A stretch of 64,000 bases of DNA from Candidatus Latescibacterota bacterium (GTDB taxonomy: Bacteria; Latescibacterota; UBA2968; UBA8231): NCBI GenBank assembly GCA_965200315.1, contig OZ241362.1, positions 992,001-1,056,000 of the forward strand, given 5' to 3'. Shown piece after piece: positions 9,426-18,480 of the stretch (positions are counted from its first letter, which is position 1; every line of letters starts with the position of its first letter). The notes under the pieces were generated by a model. That model was not told where the DNA came from. It searched no databases and saw only the letters and a list, made by a program, of their open reading frames with translations. The translations under genes and the position numbers were made by a program.

Positions 9426-10232
9426 CTAGTACCCCAATCCGCGCAAATAGTCGCGCATCCCCGCACTCCGCCGCGCCTCGCTGACTGCGTCCTCGCCCTC
9501 GTAAGCCGGCTCGCCCGGACAACTCGTAACCCAGCGGTCAAAGCTCCGCTCGGCGAGCGCGTTGAGCACCCCGGCAAAGTCGAGACACTCGCCCTCGCCG
9601 ACCGAAACCCACTCGGGATTGTAGCGCCCCGGCTCGCGCACCGTGCAAGATGTATAATCCTGTAGGTGGACGTAGTTGAGCTGATCCCAAAAGTCCGTCA
9701 GCGACTGCACCGGGTCATAGCCCCACAGCTCGGCGTGCGAGACATCGATGCACAGCCGCGCCTTGTCCAGCAAGCTCATGTACAGCCGCCAGTCTGCGGC
9801 CGAATCCACCAGCAAGTTGGTGTGGATGTGGTAGCTTAGCTCCAGCCCGTACTGGGCCGCGTACTCGGCCCACTGCTCGGCCCCCTCGGCCGCTCGCTCG
9901 ATATCAGCGCGGTCCACCGGCCGCCCCTCCGGCTTGCGGCCACTCATAAACATGAAGCAATCCACGCCCATCTCGGCGGCGAAATCCATCCGCCGCTTGT
10001 TGCGCTCAGTGTGCTCCCAGTCGCGATCTTCGGGCGAGCCACTAGCCGTAAATACGCACAGCGGCATATCCGCGTCCTCGCACACTTGCTTCAACCGCTT
10101 TGGCGGCCCCAACCAGTCGAGCGGCAACCGCCCCTCCCAGCCGTCCCAACCGGCCTTTTTGAGCTCGGGCAGGGCTTTTGTCAAATTCGGCTGCCGCCAG
10201 CGCAGGGTCGCGTATCCCATCTTGAGTGTCAT
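9426..10232 (-). CDS. Sugar phosphate isomerase/epimerase (xylose-isomerase-like TIM barrel, IolE-like)
   Basis: GWDGWE, YHIH, DVSH and YVHLQD metal-binding pattern; G-x-G-x-x-DF near the C-terminus. Confidence 0.85.
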   Translation of the reverse strand: MTLKMGYATLRWRQPNLTKALPELKKAGWDGWEGRLPLDWLGPPKRLKQVCEDADMPLCVFTASGSPEDRDWEHTERNKRRMDFAAEMGVDCFMFMSGRKPEGRPVDRADIERAAEGAEQWAEYAAQYGLELSYHIHTNLLVDSAADWRLYMSLLDKARLCIDVSHAELWGYDPVQSLTDFWDQLNYVHLQDYTSCTVREPGRYNPEWVSVGEGECLDFAGVLNALAERSFDRWVTSCPGEPAYEGEDAVSEARRSAGMRDYLRGLGY

Positions 10233-10324
10233 GATCCGCCTCCTTTGGCGTGTGGTGGTCTAACTCAAAGCCAGACAGAAAGTTCGTTGCCCTTTTCTAA
10301 CGTGGCAACGATATTTTTTTCACT

Positions 10325-12619
10325 ATGGAAAATGCACCTTCGCTCTCGCGCGGCCAAGTGCATCGCGCCCTCCGTTCCTTTGTCGTCGCCAGCGGCTTGT
10401 GGGGTGCTTGGGGGCAAGCCTGTGGGCTGGGGACAGCGGCCTTTACTGGCTTCGCCCTGTACTTAGGTGCCGACGGTGCCTTTATCGCCCTCTTCACCTC
10501 GGCCGCGTATTTCTTAGCTCTGACGCAATTGCTCGCGCCCTTGCTGAGCGCCCGCGTCCGCGACAAGAAGCGCTTTGTCGTCTTTGGCGGCTACGTGGAA
10601 ATCGCCTTCCGCGGGCTGCCGCTGATCATCCCCCTCTTCGTCCCGCAACCATACCGACTCCCGGCCCTAGTGGCGATGGTCTGCCTCAGCATGTTCAGCG
10701 GCTATGCGATTTCGCCCTTTTACAGCACTTGGATCGCCAACGCCGTGCCGGAAAATATCCGTGCGCGTTTTGCCAGCCGCCAGACCATCGTCAGCACCCT
10801 AGTGGCTATGGTTGTCGGTTTTGCGATCGGCCAATTCCTCGACCTTTTCCCCGGCGGAGGCGGCTTTGTCTGGGTCTTTGCCGCCGGGACGCTCTTTGGA
10901 TTCTTGGGCTACTTAAACCTCCGCCGCGCCCCCTTTCCCCAACAGAGGGCCGCCACTGACGAACAAAGCACGCGCTTGCGCGACCTCTTGCAGCCCTTCC
11001 ACGACGCCAACTTCCGCCGCGCCGCGCTCTTTTTTGGCCTGTGGACCTTTGGCATTGGGCTGGCCGGGCCGCTCTACAGCGTCTTCATGCTCGACCGCCT
11101 GCAGATATCCTATACCGAAGTCTCGATTTTCAACGCTCTGTTCATGCTGACCAGCATCGCTGGCTACCGGCTCTGGGCTGGCCTCATTGACCGCTTCGGT
11201 GCCAGACCCGTCCTGCAAATCCTGATGACCCCGGCCGCGTTCCTGCCTCTTATCTGGACCTTTAATCAGTCAGGGGCCTACCACTTGGTCCCCGTAGCTT
11301 TGATCATCAGCGGCATTCTATTCTCCGGGATCGGAGTGGGCATCAATCCCCTGCTCTATGGTCTGTTGCCCCAAGGCGAAAAACGCACGATGTACCTAGC
11401 CACTTGGTCGGTGACAGTCAACCTAATGGGCGCACTCGGCCCTTTGTTCGGCGGCCTGCTCGTCGCCCAACTAGAGGGCTTGCGCTTTGACGTTTTCGGC
11501 GTGCCCATGGGCGATTTACAAGTCATCTTTGCCCTCAGTGCCTTGGTCCGGCTAGCGCCTTTATTCATCCTCCGCACCGTCAAGGACGCGCGGAGCGCAA
11601 CCTCGCGCAGCCTGCTCTCGCGGATGCTGCGCGGCAATGTCCTCAGCTACGCCTACAACGCTACCATTTTCAGCCTAGCCACGGCCGAGGAAACCCGCGC
11701 CCGCGCCGCCGAGGCTCTAGGCCGTTCGGGCAATCCTCTCGCCATCGAGCAATTGGTCCAAGCGCTGGCCGACGCCAGCCCCCGGGTGCGGCGCGCCGCG
11801 GCCCGCGCCTTGGGCGAGAGCCGTTCGGCAAGCGCGGCCGAACCCCTAGTGCGAGAGCTGCTCGACGGAGCCTCAGACATCCGCAGCGAAGCCGCCGAGG
11901 CGCTGGGTCGCCTCGGATATTCTACGAGCATAGATCCGCTGGTCGATGCACTGAGCGACGCCGATCCCCGGGTGCGTATCAGCGCCATCCGCGGCCTAGC
12001 TAGCATCCGTGGGGACGAAGTCCACGAACTCTTATTCTGGCACTTTGGCAGCGATTTCGACCCTCTGACATTCCCGACGCTGGTCGATGTCCTCGGCGAG
12101 CGCCAAGACCGCCGCATCGTCCGACCCGCGCTAGGCCATCTGCCCGACTTTCCCTCCCCGGCCGTGCGCTTGCAGCTACTCAACGGGGTCTGCCGCTCAC
12201 TAGGCGCTGGCGACCAATTCTATCGCTTGCTCTCGCGCGAAGATACCGACCGCGTCGCCGCTATTACCCGCCTGCTGCGCCGGGCAACAGACTCCTTGGG
12301 CAAGGCCCGCTGCATCGACACCGAAGACCGCGCACAATTAAAAACCTTGTGCCGGGAGGTGGTCGTCGCTTATGAAGAGGAAAAGGCCGAGGCACTAGTC
12401 GAGGCCATGCGGCAGGTCGTGCATACCGTGCGCGACGGACTCTCTGCCACGAGGGACCAAGCCTACGATGTGCTCTCGGTGTACGTGGTCCTCATCGCCA
12501 TCGGCCGCTTTATCAACAGCCCGGTGCGGCAAGAGTCGCCCGTTGCCCAAGAGATTTTTCTCACCGTATGCCTAGGGCGCTTAGCTGCTTTGATCCGCGA
12601 GATCGACGATAGCATTTGA
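10325..12619 (+). CDS. MFS transporter fused to C-terminal HEAT/PBS-lyase repeats
   Basis: About 12 TM helices with GLIDRFGARP MFS motif; repeats LADASPRVRRAAARALG and LSDADPRVRISAIRGL. Confidence 0.87.
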   Translation: MENAPSLSRGQVHRALRSFVVASGLWGAWGQACGLGTAAFTGFALYLGADGAFIALFTSAAYFLALTQLLAPLLSARVRDKKRFVVFGGYVEIAFRGLPLIIPLFVPQPYRLPALVAMVCLSMFSGYAISPFYSTWIANAVPENIRARFASRQTIVSTLVAMVVGFAIGQFLDLFPGGGGFVWVFAAGTLFGFLGYLNLRRAPFPQQRAATDEQSTRLRDLLQPFHDANFRRAALFFGLWTFGIGLAGPLYSVFMLDRLQISYTEVSIFNALFMLTSIAGYRLWAGLIDRFGARPVLQILMTPAAFLPLIWTFNQSGAYHLVPVALIISGILFSGIGVGINPLLYGLLPQGEKRTMYLATWSVTVNLMGALGPLFGGLLVAQLEGLRFDVFGVPMGDLQVIFALSALVRLAPLFILRTVKDARSATSRSLLSRMLRGNVLSYAYNATIFSLATAEETRARAAEALGRSGNPLAIEQLVQALADASPRVRRAAARALGESRSASAAEPLVRELLDGASDIRSEAAEALGRLGYSTSIDPLVDALSDADPRVRISAIRGLASIRGDEVHELLFWHFGSDFDPLTFPTLVDVLGERQDRRIVRPALGHLPDFPSPAVRLQLLNGVCRSLGAGDQFYRLLSREDTDRVAAITRLLRRATDSLGKARCIDTEDRAQLKTLCREVVVAYEEEKAEALVEAMRQVVHTVRDGLSATRDQAYDVLSVYVVLIAIGRFINSPVRQESPVAQEIFLTVCLGRLAALIREIDDSI

Positions 12620-12623
12620 CCGC

Positions 12624-13340
12624 TCAAGACCGACGGCGATGCACCCAACGGATCCGCGCCAAATCCTTGAAATTGGCAAGCGTCCCGGTCACCGGATTAA
12701 AGCGACTGTCCGGGTCAAAGCGCCACTTCACGGGAATCTTTGCAATGCGGTAGCCCAACTGTCGCGCCAGCAGTAGCAGTTCCACGTCGAACATGAAGCC
12801 GGCGATTTGCTGCCGCGCACAGAGGTCGCGCACCACCGAGGCCTGAAAAAACTTAAATCCACACTGGGTATCGCCGAACTCGCCCAAGCCCATCAGCGCG
12901 CGCAAGAGCCAGCCAAACGCCGCGGTTCCCCACTGCCGGTAGCGCCGGCGCGCAACGACGAACTCGGTCGCGCTCAGCGTCCGGTCGCCGATCACCCCGT
13001 CCCACCCGGCTACCAATAGGGGCATCACCTGATCGAGCGCGGCGACGTCGGTCTTGTAGTCGCCGTCCATAAAGCCGATGTACCGGCCCTCGGCCTCGGC
13101 CACGCCGTGCTGCACGGAATAGCCCTTGCCGCGGTTGCGGTCGTTTTGTACGCAGCGAACCTGCGGGTGCGCGTGGGCGTATTCCACAACACAGGCGACC
13201 GTGCGGTCGGTGCTGCCATCATCTACGACCAGCAATTCACAGGACCACGGACGCTGCCCCAGCAATGCGAGCGTCTGCTCCAAGGCGATGAGAATCCGCT
13301 TCTCTTCGTTGTACGCGGGTATGACTATGCTCAAATCCAT
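12624..13340 (-). CDS. GT2 glycosyltransferase, dolichyl-phosphate beta-glucosyltransferase-like
   Basis: SIVIPAYNEE, VVDDGSTD, NRGKG, DTQCGFK, FDVELL. Confidence 0.92.
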   Translation of the reverse strand: MDLSIVIPAYNEEKRILIALEQTLALLGQRPWSCELLVVDDGSTDRTVACVVEYAHAHPQVRCVQNDRNRGKGYSVQHGVAEAEGRYIGFMDGDYKTDVAALDQVMPLLVAGWDGVIGDRTLSATEFVVARRRYRQWGTAAFGWLLRALMGLGEFGDTQCGFKFFQASVVRDLCARQQIAGFMFDVELLLLARQLGYRIAKIPVKWRFDPDSRFNPVTGTLANFKDLARIRWVHRRRS

Positions 13341-13364
13341 AGCTAACGCAATCGCGGCGGCCGC

Positions 13365-13393
13365 TTGACGTCTCCAGCCGCCGCGCCTATAAT
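13365..13393 (+). promoter_or_regulatory. Sigma70-type promoter of hinT
   Basis: TTGACG-17 nt-TATAAT, 40 nt upstream of the ATG. Confidence 0.8.
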
Positions 13394-13432
13394 CCGCCGC
13401 AACCTGTACCCCTAAGCATGTGAGAAAGGCCG

Positions 13433-13780
13433 ATGAGCGAGGAGACTATTTTCAGCAAAATTATCCGCCGCGAAATTCCCGCCGACATCGTCTATGAGGA
13501 CTCCGACTGTCTGGCTTTCCACGACATCCAGCCCCAGGCCCCGACGCACATCCTCGTCATACCCAAGCAAGTTGTCGCCGGCGTGCAACACGCCGCGCCC
13601 GAGCACGGCCCCCTGCTCGGGCACCTGCTGCTCAAGGCCAGCCAGATCGCCGAAGAGCAGGGCCTAGCCGTAGCGGGCTACCGCTTGGTCATCAATGCCG
13701 GCGACGACGGGGGGCAAACGGTCAATCACCTCCACGTCCACTTGCTCGGCGGCCGTCCCATGCAGTGGCCGCCGGGATAA
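13433..13780 (+). CDS. hinT: Histidine triad nucleotide-binding protein
   Basis: TIFSKII, HDIQPQAPTHILVIPK, GQTVNHLHVHLLGGR..WPPG. Confidence 0.95.
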   Translation: MSEETIFSKIIRREIPADIVYEDSDCLAFHDIQPQAPTHILVIPKQVVAGVQHAAPEHGPLLGHLLLKASQIAEEQGLAVAGYRLVINAGDDGGQTVNHLHVHLLGGRPMQWPPG

Positions 13781-13813
13781 AAAAAGAGGCGATGCCACGC
13801 CGGGCACCGCCTC
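13779..13813 (-). terminator. Rho-independent terminator of rplC
   Basis: Minus strand GAGGCGGTGCC-loop-GGCATCGCCTC followed by T7. Confidence 0.75.
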
Positions 13814-13837
13814 ACAAGTACTCTTAAAGCAGGGGAT

Positions 13838-14455
13838 TCAGATGGTCTGTATCAGGATGTAGCCGTTGACTCCCCCCGGCACCGCCCCCTTGAGAAACAG
13901 CAAGTTGCGATCCGCGTCGATCCGCTCGACAGTCAGCCCCTTGGTGGAGACTCGCTTGTTGCCCATCTGTCCGGACATTTTCTTGCCCTTCCACACCTTG
14001 CCCGGAGTCGTGCCCTGGCCGATGGAGCCGCCGTGGCGTATGGTATCGGGTGTGCCGTGGCTGGCGTTCTTGCCGCGGAAACCGTAGCGCTTGACCACCC
14101 CGGCAAAGCCCTTCCCCTTGGATTTGCCCGTCACTTTGACCTGGTGGCCAATCTCGAACTGGCTCACATCCAAGACTTGGCCGACCTCGAACTCGCCCTC
14201 TTCGCCGCGAAATTCGCGCAGGATGCGGTGCCCGCTTACGCCGGCCTTGTCCAAGTGGCCCTTTTGCGGCTTGGTCAGCTTGCGCTCCGGCACCTCGTCA
14301 AATGCGAGCTGCAAAGCCGAGTATCCATTGTCCTCTTCGGTCCGCACTTGTACCACCGGGCAAGGACCCGCCGCGACGATCGTCACCGGCGTGAGCTCCT
14401 CGCGGCTGTTGTACACCTGCGTCATGCCCAATTTCTTGCCAATCAAGGCCCCCAT
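13838..14455 (-). CDS. rplC: 50S ribosomal protein L3, outside an S10 operon
   Basis: GKKLGMTQ, SKGKGFAGVVKR, GSIG..PGKVWKGKKMSGQMG, KGAVPG. Confidence 0.97.
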   Translation of the reverse strand: MGALIGKKLGMTQVYNSREELTPVTIVAAGPCPVVQVRTEEDNGYSALQLAFDEVPERKLTKPQKGHLDKAGVSGHRILREFRGEEGEFEVGQVLDVSQFEIGHQVKVTGKSKGKGFAGVVKRYGFRGKNASHGTPDTIRHGGSIGQGTTPGKVWKGKKMSGQMGNKRVSTKGLTVERIDADRNLLFLKGAVPGGVNGYILIQTI

Positions 14456-14715
14456 AAGGCCAACTCCTTCAAATAGTTGTCTAGCAAACAGAATCGTAAA
14501 AATTACGCAAAAATTTCCTAGCGGGCAAGAGACGCCCGCAGTGGATAGTGGTACATTTTGAAAATAATTCCGTGGTCTAAATTAAGGCCAAGCTCTCGGC
14601 AGGCTGTACCTCCTACCGTTTTTCTGTCTTGAAACGGACCCTATGTGCCGTAGCCGTGTGTCTCCCTCGGTAAATTTCCTCTTGATTTACTACAGCAATG
14701 CCGTATCTCAAGATC

Positions 14716-15029
14716 GTGCATACGGTTATCGAAACACCGACTTTCATCAGCAAATGCCGGCACTACCAGATAAGTGCCAGCGACCGGGAGGCCATCATCG
14801 ACTTTGTCGCCAATAACCCCGATGCCGGCGACGTGATCAAAGAATCAGGCGGTGCTCGCAAGCTCCGGTTCGCCGCGCCGGGAAGAGGAAAGAGCGTTGG
14901 ATACGAGTGGTGACTTTTTACAGTGGCCAAGGCATTCTTGTATTTTTGCTGTCGATCTTCGCTAAAGGCGATAAAATAAACCTGACCGACTCATCTACCG
15001 GGAGCCAGAAGCGGCTAAGAGGGCGGTAG
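14716..15029 (+). pseudogene. RelE/HigB-family toxin, frameshifted, with no antitoxin adjacent
   Basis: VHTVIETPTF..NPDAGDVIKESGGARKLRF..GKSVGY, then a 1-nt loss near 14904. The shifted frame continues RVVTFYSGQGILVFLLSIFAKGDKINLT to TAG at 15029. Confidence 0.85.
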
Positions 15030-15046
15030 TAAGGTAGAACGCAAAA

Positions 15047-15943
15047 TTGAGCGCGATAACCATATTTCGCGGCGGGGCGATCGGCGACTTTGTCCTCACC
15101 CTGCCCGCCATCAATGCCGTGCGCCGGGCTTTTCCCTCCGCCGATTTGCGCCTCATCGGCCGCCCAGCACCCCTTGCGCTCGGCCCGGCGGCGTCTGTCC
15201 TCGACAGCGAAAACCCGCGCTTGATTGCCCTGCACCGCGATGGGCCGCTGCCCCCGGCCACGCGCCAGCTCTTCGCCGCGACGCAGCGCGTACTAGCCTA
15301 TGCGGTGGATGCCCAACAACACCTCGGCCCGCAACTGCGCCGAGCCGTCGCCGGCCCCGTGCTGCTGTGGGACCCGAGGCCCCCAGCCGATTTCCGCGGC
15401 CACATCGTCGATCACTTGCTAAGCCCCTTGCGGCAATGGGGCCTGTCTGTCTGCAACCGCACCCCACACATTGAACTACGGCCCGGCGACTACGGCTATG
15501 TAGATGCGCTCACCGCGCCCGAAGTCGTCATCCACCTAGGCAGCGGCTCGCCGGCCAAGTGTTGGCCCGCGGCGAATTTCCACGCCCTCGCCAGCGCGCT
15601 ACAAAAAAGAGGTTGGCATACCGCGCTCCTGTGCGGCCCAGTCGAACGCGAACGCCAGCTCACAGTCGGCGACCTGCCCGCGCTCCACCCCCCAGACCTG
15701 CGCTCCCTCGCCGGCCTGCTCGCCAAAGCCGCGCTCTTCATCGGCAACGATTCCGGCCCCGGGCACATAGCCGCGGCCGTCGGCACCCCGACCCTGACGC
15801 TATTTGGCCCCACCGATCCCCGGCAGTGGGCACCGCGCGGCAAGCGCAGCCGAGTCCTGCAAGCACCGGCCGCCGACATCGCTGCAATCCCCACTACAGC
15901 CGCAATAGATGCTGCGCTAGCCCTTCTCCAGAGCACGCGATGA
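15047..15943 (+). CDS. GT9 glycosyltransferase (ADP-heptose:LPS heptosyltransferase-like)
   Basis: GAIGDFVL, HLGSGSPAKCW, FIGNDSGPGHIAAAVGTPTLTLFGPTDP. Confidence 0.92.
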   Translation: MSAITIFRGGAIGDFVLTLPAINAVRRAFPSADLRLIGRPAPLALGPAASVLDSENPRLIALHRDGPLPPATRQLFAATQRVLAYAVDAQQHLGPQLRRAVAGPVLLWDPRPPADFRGHIVDHLLSPLRQWGLSVCNRTPHIELRPGDYGYVDALTAPEVVIHLGSGSPAKCWPAANFHALASALQKRGWHTALLCGPVERERQLTVGDLPALHPPDLRSLAGLLAKAALFIGNDSGPGHIAAAVGTPTLTLFGPTDPRQWAPRGKRSRVLQAPAADIAAIPTTAAIDAALALLQSTR

Positions 15944-16560
15944 CTTCCTACGCCGACCAACGCCGAGCTATGGTGCGCGAGCAACTCAGCCAGCGCGGCA
16001 TTGGCGACTCGCGCGTACTCGCGGCATTTGACCGCGTCCCAAGACATTGCTACGTCCCGGAGGCCCTGCGCGCCCACGCGTATGCCGATCACCCGCTGGC
16101 CATCGGCGCGGACCAAACCATCTCTCAGCCGTACGTAGTGGCCTACATGCTCTCGGCACTTGGCTTAAAGGGTGAAGAAAGAGTCTTGGAAATTGGCACC
16201 GGCTCTGGGTACCAGACCGCCCTGCTCGCCGAACTGGCCGGCCAAGTCTATAGCATTGAATTCTTTTCCGACCTCGCCGCACAGGCCCGGCGCGTGCTCG
16301 CCGACACCGGCTATGGCCACGTCGCCCTCCGCGTCGGCGACGGCCGCATGGGCTGGTCTGAAGCCGCTCCTTTTGACGCCATCGTATGCTCGGCCGCACC
16401 CGCTACCATCCCACCCGCTCTAACCGAACAACTAACGCCTAACGGGCGCTTCATTCTCCCACTAGGCACCCGACGCCAACACTTGGTCTTGCTAGAGAGC
16501 AGCGCGACCGGCCTCAGCCAGCGCAAACTCCTACCCGTGCGCTTCGTGCCGATGCAGTAG
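15940..16560 (+). CDS. pcm: Protein-L-isoaspartate O-methyltransferase
   Basis: ATGA overlap with the GT9 stop; QTISQPYVVAYM, VLEIGTGSGYQTA, APFDAI, VRFVPM. Confidence 0.95.
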   Translation: MTSYADQRRAMVREQLSQRGIGDSRVLAAFDRVPRHCYVPEALRAHAYADHPLAIGADQTISQPYVVAYMLSALGLKGEERVLEIGTGSGYQTALLAELAGQVYSIEFFSDLAAQARRVLADTGYGHVALRVGDGRMGWSEAAPFDAIVCSAAPATIPPALTEQLTPNGRFILPLGTRRQHLVLLESSATGLSQRKLLPVRFVPMQ

Positions 16561-16635
16561 CAGACCACGGAGGGATTGCCATTGTAAGTCATGCACAGTG
16601 TAGATAAGTCAGAACGTCAGTGGAGGAATGCAACT

Positions 16636-16771
16636 ATGGCCAGCACAAAAACCAAACTTACATACGAGACCTATCTAAGGACGCCCGATGACAAACGCTA
16701 CGAGCTGTTGGACGGGGAGCTGATTATGGAGCCAGCACCGCTTACGGCTCATCAGTACGTCCAACAATCCA
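16636..16771 (+). pseudogene. Uma2 (DUF820) endonuclease, N-terminal fragment
   Basis: GGAGG RBS; MASTKTKLTYETYLRTPDDKRYELLDGELIMEPAPLTAHQ; similarity ends where the convergent pyrD stop begins. Confidence 0.8.
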
Positions 16772-17680
16772 TCAACGCAAGCTGCCCACCAGCGAGGCGA
16801 GGCGGTCAATGCCGCGCTCGTCGCAATAGGCGTGGAGGTTCTCGACAATTTCGACGCCAGCGTTGGGATTAGCGAAACTGGCCGTGCCGACTTGGACGGC
16901 AGAAGCACCGGCGACCATGAACTCTAGGGCGTCGTTCGCAGTGGTGATGCCGCCGATTCCCACTACGGGCACGGCAACGGCTTGGGCCACCTTCCACACC
17001 ATGGCGAGGGCCACCGGCTTGACTGCCGGGCCGGACAAGCCGCCGGTAGTACCGCCCAAGACGGGCCGCCGCCGCTCCACGTCAATGGCCATGCCAACGA
17101 GCGTATTGATAAGCGAGACCGCATCCGCACCCGCATCCACTACGGCGCGGGCGATCTCGGCAATATCTGTGACATTGGGTGTTAGCTTGGCGATGACCGG
17201 CCGCTGAGTGCGGCTGCGGACTGCGGCAATGGCTGCGGCCGCGGTCTGGGGCCGCGTGGCGAAATTGTCGCCTCCGGCCTCGACATTGGGGCAGGATATA
17301 TTGACCTCGAGCGCGGCAATGCCTGCCAACGCTTCAAGACTCGTCGCCATCTGCCCGAATTCCTCGACCGCGAATCCGGCGATATTCACCACCACCTGCG
17401 CGTCCAAACTGGCCAACAAGGGCCATTGCTTCTCAATGAAAGCCTCCAGCCCGGGATTTTGCAAGCCAATGGAATTGAGCATTCCTGCTGGCGTCTCGAC
17501 GATGCGCTGGGGGGGGTTGCCGCCGCGCGGCTGCGGAGTAATGGTCTTGGTGACTAGCCCACCCAAGCGCGCAAAATCGGTCAGCGGCAAAAGCTCCTGA
17601 CCGTAGTTGCAGGTGCCCGATGCCAACAGCACCGGGTTGCGCAGCCGCACGCCGGCAAAGTCTATGCTCAGGTCGGCCAT
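16772..17680 (-). CDS. pyrD: Dihydroorotate dehydrogenase B, catalytic subunit
   Basis: RNPVLLASGT, GMLNSIGLQNPG, EVNISCPNV, KLTPNV, GGLSGPAVKP; start at MADLSID. Confidence 0.96.
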   Translation of the reverse strand: MADLSIDFAGVRLRNPVLLASGTCNYGQELLPLTDFARLGGLVTKTITPQPRGGNPPQRIVETPAGMLNSIGLQNPGLEAFIEKQWPLLASLDAQVVVNIAGFAVEEFGQMATSLEALAGIAALEVNISCPNVEAGGDNFATRPQTAAAAIAAVRSRTQRPVIAKLTPNVTDIAEIARAVVDAGADAVSLINTLVGMAIDVERRRPVLGGTTGGLSGPAVKPVALAMVWKVAQAVAVPVVGIGGITTANDALEFMVAGASAVQVGTASFANPNAGVEIVENLHAYCDERGIDRLASLVGSLR

Positions 17681-18480
17681 GCGCTGCCCCATTTTATCTG
17701 CCGCGCGTCGAATGCCGGCCCATCCACGCAGATGCGGCCGTAGCGGCCGTAGTCCGAGTCGCCTTTTGCCGTCGCCAGCTCGACGGCGCAGCCCACGCAG
17801 ATGCCGATGCCGCAGGCCATGTACTCTTCGAGGGAAACTTGGCACGGGACTTGGGCCTCTGAACATATAGCGGCTACGGCCTGCATCATTCCGTGCGGGC
17901 CACAGCAATAAACCGCGACCGGCTCTTTTTTGGCTAGCTCGTGCTGCAACAGATCGGTGACTAGGCCCGCGTGCCCGAGGCTACCGTCGTCGGTGGCGAG
18001 GTGTACTGCAGCCGCAGCCGGTACCAGCAGTTCACCGGGCAGGTGCTTGTTCGCCGTCCGCGCCCCGACCAACAGCGCAGTCTGGTACTCCCGCTGCTTC
18101 AACTCCAAGCCCCAATACAGCAGCGGCGGTACGCCAATGCCGCCCCCGACCAATGCGACGCGCATACCCTCGGGCGGCGGCACAAATCCCTTACCCAGCG
18201 GGCCGAGGGTCGGCAGAACGGCGTCCGGCCTTACTTGGCTCAGCGCTCGGGTCTTAGGCCCTACTTCTTCGTATAATACCTCGATAATACCGGCCTCGCG
18301 ATTGACGCCGCTCACGCTCAGCGGGACGCGCAACAAGGGATCAACCCCGCCGTCGACCTCGATGTTGACGAACTGACCCGGCTCAATCCGCGCTGCAATG
18401 TAGGGTGCGGTAAGGCGCGCCCAATAGAAGTCCGCGGCGACTGCGCAGTTGCTCAACAGGTGCGCTTGCTCGTCAATCAC
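17668..18480 (-). CDS. pyrK: Dihydroorotate dehydrogenase electron transfer subunit
   Basis: PGQFV, GPLGKGF, GGGIGVPP, CGP, MACGIGICVGC..CVDGP (2Fe-2S). Confidence 0.95.
   Translation of the reverse strand: MIDEQAHLLSNCAVAADFYWARLTAPYIAARIEPGQFVNIEVDGGVDPLLRVPLSVSGVNREAGIIEVLYEEVGPKTRALSQVRPDAVLPTLGPLGKGFVPPPEGMRVALVGGGIGVPPLLYWGLELKQREYQTALLVGARTANKHLPGELLVPAAAAVHLATDDGSLGHAGLVTDLLQHELAKKEPVAVYCCGPHGMMQAVAAICSEAQVPCQVSLEEYMACGIGICVGCAVELATAKGDSDYGRYGRICVDGPAFDARQIKWGSAWPT

Noticed and set aside
15559-15939. N-terminal extension of the pcm ORF (333 aa as called)
   Set aside because: It overlaps the GT9 gene out of frame; the real start is the ATGA-coupled ATG at 15940.
17681-17908. N-terminal extension of pyrD (378 aa as called)
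   Set aside because: It overlaps pyrK; homology starts at MADLSID (17680).
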